DNA of 20,000 nt from Lama guanicoe. Taxonomy: Eukaryota. The stretch covers positions 59,230 through 79,229 of the forward strand of contig MU053454.1 in NCBI GenBank assembly GCA_013239625.1, in the 5' to 3' direction. Positions 12,870 through 20,000 of this stretch are shown here, piece after piece (position 1 is the stretch's first letter; the number at the start of each line of letters is the position of its first letter). Position numbers and translations under genes: made by a program. The notes under the pieces are model-generated. The model searched no databases. It worked only from the letters and a program-made list of their open reading frames with translations, and was not told the origin of the DNA.

Positions 12870-13018
12870 CAGCCTCCTGGCAGTTGGCCGGAGGCGTGGC
12901 CTGCTGAGAGCAGCCTGGTGATTGGCCGGACAGGACGCAGGGGTCACAGGGAGGCATTGTGATGCACCACGGGCGGTTATAAAAGCCGGCGCCGCTGCCA
13001 AGGTGAACCATAGCAGAG
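12870..13018 (+). promoter_or_regulatory. Pol II proximal promoter of the 435-aa ORF
   Basis: TGGCAGTTGG MYB site (12878-12887), GC box ggaggcgtggc (12890-12900), reverse CCAAT ATTGG (12921-12925), GGCGGTTA MYB site (12972-12979), TATAAAA (12978-12984), CA initiator-like position ~13009-13010, and strong Kozak gagATGg. Confidence 0.7.
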
Positions 13019-14326
13019 ATGGCCTTTCTGGTTCTCCTGCTACTTGTGGCCACGTCCTCGACCGCCTTCTCCACACCCACCTCTGACACACTCCATGCCC
13101 ATTCCTCTTGCCCCGGGCCCCTCACCCACACCGAGCACCCTACTCCCACGCTAGGGTCCGCCTTCGGGCCCCTCTGCGGGCCAGCAAGCCCGCGTACCCG
13201 CAGCCGGCGCCTCCTGTACCGGCATGGGCTGGCCTGGCTCCTCTCCTGGTTCCAGCCCCATGGTGGGGGATCGGGCACCAACAAGACCACAGCAAACCCC
13301 TGCCCATCCTGGGACTGTCCCTCCCAGGCCTCTGCTGTCCCAACACGGCTTTACACCAGCCAGCCGAGTGACCACGGAGACACACTGGACAGAGGGCAGC
13401 TGCTGACTCCTGTGCCGCACTTCCCAGGACCTCCTCCAACTGAGCCGCGGGTATCCGGCCCCAAGCCTCATGTGGACGCAGTGCGCGTCATCCTTTGCCT
13501 CTGGCCGTCGGCACCTCTGCCGGTCCCGGGTCAGCTGGCAGGAAGAGGCTGCTATAACGTGCATGAGGAAGACATCCTGCCGGTCCTCACGCGTGCCGTC
13601 CCCTACCTTGGCCCTGGCTCCCTTGGCCCTGGTTCCCTCCCTGACTCTCAGCCCCAACCTCCTCCACGAAGGGAAGAACGGGTAGCACCAGTCCAGCCTG
13701 CCCTACAGCCAGCCAGCCAGACCGGAGCCCAAGACACAGACCGGAACCGGAAACCTGGACCCAAAGGCCGTCCTGTCCCTGACGCAGACTGGAAACATCC
13801 CAGGCCACCAGCCCAGGCCAGGCTCGAAACACCGCTGCTGTGGCCGGAGCAGTCGCGTCAGTGGTGGTCCAAGGAGGCGACGGTGGGCTTTGGCAAGGGC
13901 AGGCACTCCAACGTCACCATTTCGGTGCCCGGGACCCTTGAGAGCGTGGTCCTCCTCCTCATGGGTCACTGGGCCGAGGCGCCGGCAGGCCCCTGGGCTG
14001 GGGCCACATTCCACCTACCATCGTGGTTCTATAACAGCTGCGGGGTCATCTTTGTCCTCAGAGTCATCTTGGGGAGGAGAAAGGGGCCAGCAGAACAGGA
14101 GCCCCGGGTCGTGGCAGGGAGGGAGGGGCGTGGGCACATTCCATCGGAGCCCCTGGCCCTGAGCATGGAGGAGTCCTTGGCTGAGCTCCAGAGGCTGCTG
14201 GAGAGGAATTACGAGCTGGACTGGGAAGCGGAGGCCTTGCAGCAGCAGGAGTGGTGGGGCAAGCAGGAGGCTGAGGTCAATGAGATCAAAAGGGCCTTGG
14301 AGGGTTTGCTCCACGAGGTGTTTTAA
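13019..14326 (+). CDS. Uncharacterised intronless 435-aa protein: signal peptide, Pro-rich region, possible single TM segment, C-terminal coiled coil
   Basis: By far the longest ORF in the window and not recognisably repeat-derived. It lies 35 nt downstream of a TATA box with strong Kozak context, begins with a signal-peptide-like MAFLVLLLLVATSSTAFS, and has AATAAA ~84 nt after the stop. An internal 15-bp duplication preserves the frame. Confidence 0.72.
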   Translation: MAFLVLLLLVATSSTAFSTPTSDTLHAHSSCPGPLTHTEHPTPTLGSAFGPLCGPASPRTRSRRLLYRHGLAWLLSWFQPHGGGSGTNKTTANPCPSWDCPSQASAVPTRLYTSQPSDHGDTLDRGQLLTPVPHFPGPPPTEPRVSGPKPHVDAVRVILCLWPSAPLPVPGQLAGRGCYNVHEEDILPVLTRAVPYLGPGSLGPGSLPDSQPQPPPRREERVAPVQPALQPASQTGAQDTDRNRKPGPKGRPVPDADWKHPRPPAQARLETPLLWPEQSRQWWSKEATVGFGKGRHSNVTISVPGTLESVVLLLMGHWAEAPAGPWAGATFHLPSWFYNSCGVIFVLRVILGRRKGPAEQEPRVVAGREGRGHIPSEPLALSMEESLAELQRLLERNYELDWEAEALQQQEWWGKQEAEVNEIKRALEGLLHEVF

Positions 14327-14409
14327 CTCTCCCCTCGGGTGGGGGGGTGAGTTGGGGGGGAAGGGGGTGGGGGGCATGGGAGGAGAGCTTCCCATGTATG
14401 TGGATTGTC

Positions 14410-14415
14410 AATAAA
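14410..14415 (+). terminator. Polyadenylation signal AATAAA for the 435-aa gene
   Basis: aataaa followed by GT-containing sequence (cgtgttgg, cgtgtcc). No genomic poly(A) tract. Confidence 0.65.
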
Positions 14416-15399
14416 TAACGTGTTGGAATGCAAAACGTGTCCACGAGTGATGGGGGCCCCGGGAACCGCATCGCACGGAGTCCTCACACCCTTCAGCGGG
14501 CTGGTGTCCACTAGGCAGGTGCCTCCGTGGTTGTGAACTACAGAGCCAGCACCACGACACCCTGCCCGACCTCCTGGTGCCAGCGCTGAGCGGGGTGCCT
14601 TTGGATGGAGACAAACCAGGTGGCAGGTCTGCTCCCGGCGTTTCTCCAAAGACTGCTTCCGGCCTGAGGCAGCCAGTTGGTCGCAAAACTTAGGTTTCCA
14701 CCTGACGTTCTGGCTCTGCCCTCCAGCCACGGCGGCAGTGCCCCTCCACCCCAGGGTCCTGCATGGGGCAGGCCTTGGATGATCGATCACGGGGGAGGGA
14801 CCAGAGGCAGGAGCTCTACTCTCTGCTGCTGGGTGGGGGCACGGGGAGAGGGGGCGCAGACAGCTGGCCGTGCGCTCAGAGCCACAGAAGCCCTACAGGA
14901 CCGGGGGCGGACCTGCTCTGGCTGCTCTAGGTTGGAGGAGCGGCGGGTGGACAGAGCAAGGCAGAGCAGCTTTCAGGTGGGAACTGGGAGACCAGAGGGT
15001 GCTGGCGGACGTGGAGGGAAGTGGCTGCTTCCAAGAGGCGGAGCTGAGAATCGGTGATTAGTAGGGCACTGAGGGACTGCGGGGCGGCAGCTCAGGTGGG
15101 GTGGGATCCATCTCCCAGGAGCCACCCCAGCAGAGTCCCCTCTCACGTCCTCGACCAGCTGCGAGACCAGAGAGTGACCGAGTCAGTGTCCTCTGATCCA
15201 GAGGGGGCAACACGGCCCACCTGGCAGGGCGCTCCTCGCAGCAGGGTCTGACATAAACCTGAGGTTGGTCACAATGGGACGAAACAGCACTGAGTTTCAC
15301 AGAGTTGACAAAACGTCTTACTCACGCAATTGAGTCTAACTAGTCACCGAAAAATATCACTGTCCCTTCTGCATACATCAGAACACGTTTTAAGAGAAG

Positions 15400-15670
15400 A
15401 AAGCCACAAAAAGAAAGGAAAATACCTTAGACTGCTCATATGCGGAAACCAAAAGAAAGAAAGGACACTATGAACTCACCTACAAAACAAAGATTCGCAG
15501 ACACAGTAAACAATCTTATGGTTACCAGGGAAAGCGGGTGGGAAAAGAGAAACTTGGTCGTTAGAGCTTTACAAATGTAAGTCACTATATATAAAGATAG
15601 ATTTTTTAAAAGTTTCCTCTGTATAACACAGAGACCTCTGCTCAATATCTCATAATAACCTATAATGGAA
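15400..15670 (+). mobile_element. LINE-1 3'UTR fragment; left part of composite repeat copy 2
   Basis: Homologous to 8450-8725 (aaaggacactatgaactca, ctgtataacacagagacctctgctcaatatctcata). Confidence 0.8.
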
Positions 15671-15674
15671 AAAC

Positions 15675-17000
15675 ACCACAGCCACCACCTGAAGAAGCAA
15701 GTGAAAAAAGAGGAGAGTCAGTTATCCTGGGCTGGAGCCCAGTCCTTCACAAGTCCTTGCCCCGCCCCCCCCCCCCGCCACTGCACCCTGAGCACACTGC
15801 GCCCTCCTCCCAGCACCAGGCTGACATGAATACATGCACCCAGTGAACCTGGGGTGACAGAGACCGCCCCCAGGACAGGCCACAGGGGAGGTGGGAGAAG
15901 TCCACCTGCTCCCCCGGGGCAACCCCCATCCCCTGGCCACCACTGCCCCCTGATAGCACTGCGCCTGCCTCCCGGGAGCCACCTCACCTGGAAACAAGTG
16001 GCCTGGGAATCTGGGGCAGTGGCAGGAAGACGGGTGCTGCCCTTCATGAAGTGGTATATTTGCCCCCATCTCCCCTGCGACATGGCCTGGGAGCAGCCTC
16101 TGCTGCCCCAGCTTTGCTGGAGGCACCTCCTCATGTCAGCCTGCTCCTGGGAGGCGGCTGGGGTGTGGTCAGTGGGCAGTGGTAGCTGGTAGGGGGACTG
16201 TCCTGTACGAACCTGTGGATCTGCTTCAATCTTCCCTGCATCCTGTCCAGGGGCGGCCTCTGCCGGCCCAGTTTCCCGGGACTCATGTTACAAGTCAGTC
16301 TACTCCTGGGAGGCTGGGGCCCTGAGGTCAGGGGGTGGCAGTGGTGGTAGAGGCGGTTGGGACCAAGGTCACCCCGTGTGAGCCCGGGGATTTGCTCCCA
16401 CTTCCCGCTGTCCCTGCTGCCACCCCCCACACTGACTGCACTGTGCCTGCCTCCTAGCAGAAGGCTGACCTGTACCTGGCATCCCATGAACCTGCGGCAG
16501 CAGAGGCCACCACTATGCCAGGCCATGGGGGAGACGGGAGCAAGATGACCAGAGCAGAGCATCCAGGGCAGGCCCCCAATACCTGCCCCCGTCACTGGCC
16601 CCCAAAACCCCTGACCACACCGTGCAATCCTTCTGGGAGCAAGGTAACCAGGAGACATGATTCCCACGAACCTGGGGCATTACAGGCCGCCCCCAGGCCA
16701 GGCCGCGGGGAAGGTGGGAACAAATCCCCCAGCTCTCACAAGAAAGCCCCCCCTTATTCCACCTCCACAGCTGCCACACCTGCCATCGTCCCCGCTGCTC
16801 CCTGACTGGACCACACAGGCCTCTAGGGAGCAGTGTGACCTAAAGACGAACCTTGGGCAGCAGAGACCGCACCCCGCCAGGCCGCAGAGCAGATGGGGGC
16901 AAATGACTGCCTCCCACTCGGCAGCCCCCTCCCCATGCCGCCAGGGCTACGGCCTCTGCCATCTTCCCAGCCCCCTGGCCGCACTGCGCCCGTGGTCGTA
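15675..17000. repeat. GC-rich array of ~180-bp monomers in mixed orientation (copy 2)
   Basis: Core forward at 15845, 16488, 16668 and 16848 (exact 180-bp spacing for the last three). Reverse at ~16091-16110 and ~16251-16275. Confidence 0.82.
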
Positions 17001-19267
17001 CTAAAGTGGGTATAGAGGGAACATGTCTCAACATAATAAAAGCTATTATGACAAACCTACAGTCACCACAATACCCTACCAAGAGAGCGGAAACCCTTTC
17101 CGCTAAAATCTGGAACAAAAGAAGGATGCCCACTCTCACCACTTCCATTCAATATCGTTTTAGAGTTCCTAGCCATAGCAATCAAATGAGAAGAAGAAAT
17201 AAAAGGGATCCCAGCTGGAAAAGTAAAGGTCAAAGTGTCATTATATGTGGGTGACATGATGCTATATATAGAAAACCCTGAAGGCTCCACACACAAACTA
17301 CTAGAGCTACTACCCGGCAAGGCAGCAGCACACAACATCCACACACAGACGTCAGGGGCCTGGCTTCACACGAAAGTAATAAACACTTTTAAAATTGCAT
17401 CCAAAAAATAAAATACTTAGGAATAAATCTGACCAAGAACGTGAAAGACTTACATGCGGAGAACTACAAAACACTGACTACGGACATTAAAGAGGACTTA
17501 AGGAACGGAAAGATATCCCAGGTTCTTGCACTGGAAGAATTAATATTGTTAAAATGGTCATCCTGCCCAGAGCAGTCTGCAGATGTAATGCGAACCCTAT
17601 CATATCACCCAGGGCGTTTCCCACAAAACTGCAACAAATCATCCTAAAATTTATATGGAATCGCAGAAGACCCAGAGTTACCAAAGTTCTACTGAAGAAA
17701 AAGACCGAAGCTGGAGGAACAACCCTCTCAGACTTCAGACAATCTTACAGAGCTATAGTCATCCATGGTATTTGTAGAAGAACAGACATATGGATCACTG
17801 GAACAGAACAGAATGCCCAGAAATAAACCCCCCAACCTTTGGGCAATTAATCTTTGACAAAGGAGGCAAGAACATACAATGCAGTAAAGACAGTCTCTTG
17901 AGCTAGTGGTGTAGGGAAAACTGGACAGCTGCATGTACATCAATGAAGTTAGCCTACTCCCTCACACCATACACAAAAATACATTTAAATTGGATTAAAG
18001 GCTTAAACATAAGACAAGATACTAGAAACCTCTTAGAAGAAACCATAGGCAAAACATGATCTGACATACACCTCAGCAATGTTCCCCTAGGGCAGTCTAC
18101 CCAAGCAATCGAAATAAAAGCAAAAATAAACGAATCGGACCTAACTGAACTTACAAACTTTTGCACAGCCAAGCAAGCCATAAGCAAAACAAAAAGACAA
18201 CCTACGAAATGGGAGAAAATCTTTGCAAATGTTTCGACTGACAAAGGCTTTATTTCCAGAATATATAAACAGCTCATACAACTGAATAACTAAAAAACAA
18301 ACAAGCCAGTCCAAAAATGGGCGGAAGACCTAAACAAGCAATTCTCCAAGGAAGAAATACAAATGATCAATAGGCACATGAAAAAATGCTCAATATCACT
18401 AATTTCAGAGAAACGGAAATCAAAAATACAATGAGGTAGCACCTCACACCAGTCACAATGACCATCATTCAAAAGTGCCATAAGACACATGCTGGAGAGG
18501 CTATGGAGAAAAGGGGACCCACCTACACTGCTGGTGGGATAGCAGTTTGGCGCAGCCACTGTGGAAAATACTATGGAGACTTGTGAAAAGACTAGGAATC
18601 GACTTACCATAGGCCCCAGGAATCCCACTCCTGGGCATATATCCAGAGGGAACCTTACTTCAGGATGACACCTGCACTCCAATGTTCATAGCAGCACTAT
18701 TTACAATATCCATGACATGGAAACAGCCTAAATGTCCATCGACAGATGACTGGATAAAGAAGAGGTATATTTATACAATGGAATGCTATTAAGCCATAAA
18801 AACAGACAACATAATGCCATTTGCAGCAACCTGGATGTTCCTGGAGAATGTCATTCTAAGTGAAGTAAGCCAGAAAGGGAAAGAAAAATACCATGTGAGA
18901 TTGCTGAAATTGCTGATATGCAGAATCCAAAAAAAAAAAACAAAAAACCAAAAAACCCCCAAAAAGAGCATAAATACAAAACAGAAACATACTCAGAGAT
19001 ATAGAATACAAACTTGTGATCGACAGGGGAATGGGGGTTGGGAAGGGACAGACTGGGATTTCAAAATGCAGAATAGATAAACAAGATTGTACTGTAGCAC
19101 AGGGAAATATATACATGATCTTGTGGTGGTTCACAGCACAAGAGAATGTGACAATGAATGTATGTATGTTCATGTATAACTGAAAAATTGTGCTCTGGAC
19201 TGGAATATGACAGAACATTATAGAATGACTATAATTCAATAAAAAAAAATTTTTAAAGAAAAAAAAG
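17001..19267 (+). mobile_element. 5'-truncated, inactivated LINE-1 (camelid-type): ORF2 RT to 3'UTR and poly(A)
   Basis: RT region SLYVGDMMLYIENP (canonical SLFADDMI.Y.ENP, catalytic motif degraded at ~17244-17255), frameshifts and deletions, and a 3'UTR ending caataaaaaaaaatttttaaagaaaaaaaa. Confidence 0.93.
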
Positions 19268-20000
19268 CCTACAAATAAGAAATTTTGGAGAGGGTGTGGA
19301 GAAAAAGGAACACTTGTAGACTGTTGGTGGGAATGTAAATTTGTGCAGCCTCTATGGAAAACAGTATGGAGGTTCCTAAAAGACTGAAAATAGAGTTACT
19401 ATAAGATCCCACAATCCCACTCCTAGGAAAGACAAAAACTCTAATTTGAAAAGATACACGCACCCCAATGTTCACAGCAGTACTATTTGCAACAGCGAAG
19501 ATATGGAAGCAACCTAAATGTCCATATGTCCATCAACAAATCAATGGATAAAGATGTGGTGTGTGTGTGTGTACACAGAATACTCAACCATAAAAAAGAA
19601 GGAAATAATGCCATTTGCAGCAACAAGAATGGACCTAGAGACTATCATACTCAGTCAATTAAGTCAGAGAAAGAGAATTATCGTAAGACACATAATTTAT
19701 TTGTGGAATCTAAAAAAGTGACACGAAAGAACTTATTTACAAAACAGAAACAGACTCACAGACATGGAAACAGTCTTATGGTGGCCAAAGGGGAAGGGGG
19801 AGGAGTAATAAATTAGGAATTTAAGATTAACAGATACACACTAATATACATATAAAATAGATAAACAACAAGAACCTACCATAAACCACATGGAAGTATA
19901 TTCAATATCTTGTAATAATCCATAATGGAAAAGAATCTGGAAAATTTATACATACATACATACATACATATGTATTTATAAAACACCGAATTACTTTGCT
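19268..20000 (+). mobile_element. Further LINE-1 3' end (older artiodactyl-type), runs to the window edge
   Basis: ggagagggtgtggagaaaaaggaacac...KKKEIMPFAATRMDLETIILS...gattaacagatacacactaatatac. Contains (GT)n at 19559-19572 and (TACA)n at 19949-19970. Confidence 0.88.

Noticed and set aside
13019..13080. Type I interferon-like start (intronless, MAF.. signal peptide)
   Set aside because: The downstream sequence is Pro-rich and 435 aa long, with no IFN helical or Cys pattern.
13890..13920. RHSNV resembles the TEX13 N-terminus
   Set aside because: Only a 5-residue match, with no similarity on either side.
13019..14326. Retroviral env/syncytin origin of the 435-aa ORF (adjacent LTR, furin site, CPSWDC resembling C-x-x-W-x-C of gamma-type SU)
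   Set aside because: No CXXC, CX6CC or immunosuppressive domain. The furin site is too N-terminal, the heptad region lies after the candidate TM, and the LTR is in the opposite orientation with no pol remnants.
17001..19267. Potentially active L1
   Set aside because: 5'-truncated, frameshifted, and the RT FADD motif is degraded to YVGD.

Overview
Mammalian genomic DNA, probably camelid (inferred from the L1 3'-UTR sequence). Bases 1 to ~8700 are AT-rich and made mostly of old L1, L2 and MIR fragments plus younger L1 3' ends. From ~8750 to ~17000 the sequence is largely GC/CpG-rich. The main feature is a compact intronless gene I do not recognise: promoter at ~12870-13018, a 435-aa ORF at 13019-14326, and AATAAA at 14410. 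The predicted protein has a signal peptide, a furin-type RSRR site, a Pro-rich region, a possible TM segment and a C-terminal coiled coil. The promoter has TATA, CCAAT, a GC box and two MYB/A-MYB consensus sites, and directly abuts a reverse-oriented solo ERV1 (MER41-like) LTR. The gene, the LTR and an antisense L1 5' end lie between two diverged direct copies (~8450-9978 and ~15400-17107) of a composite repeat. Each copy consists of an L1 3'UTR piece, an array of ~165-180-bp GC-rich monomers in mixed orientation, and an L1 ORF2 piece. This layout suggests a duplicated or ampliconic, possibly germline-expressed, lineage-specific gene cassette. All repeat calls were made by eye and boundaries are approximate.
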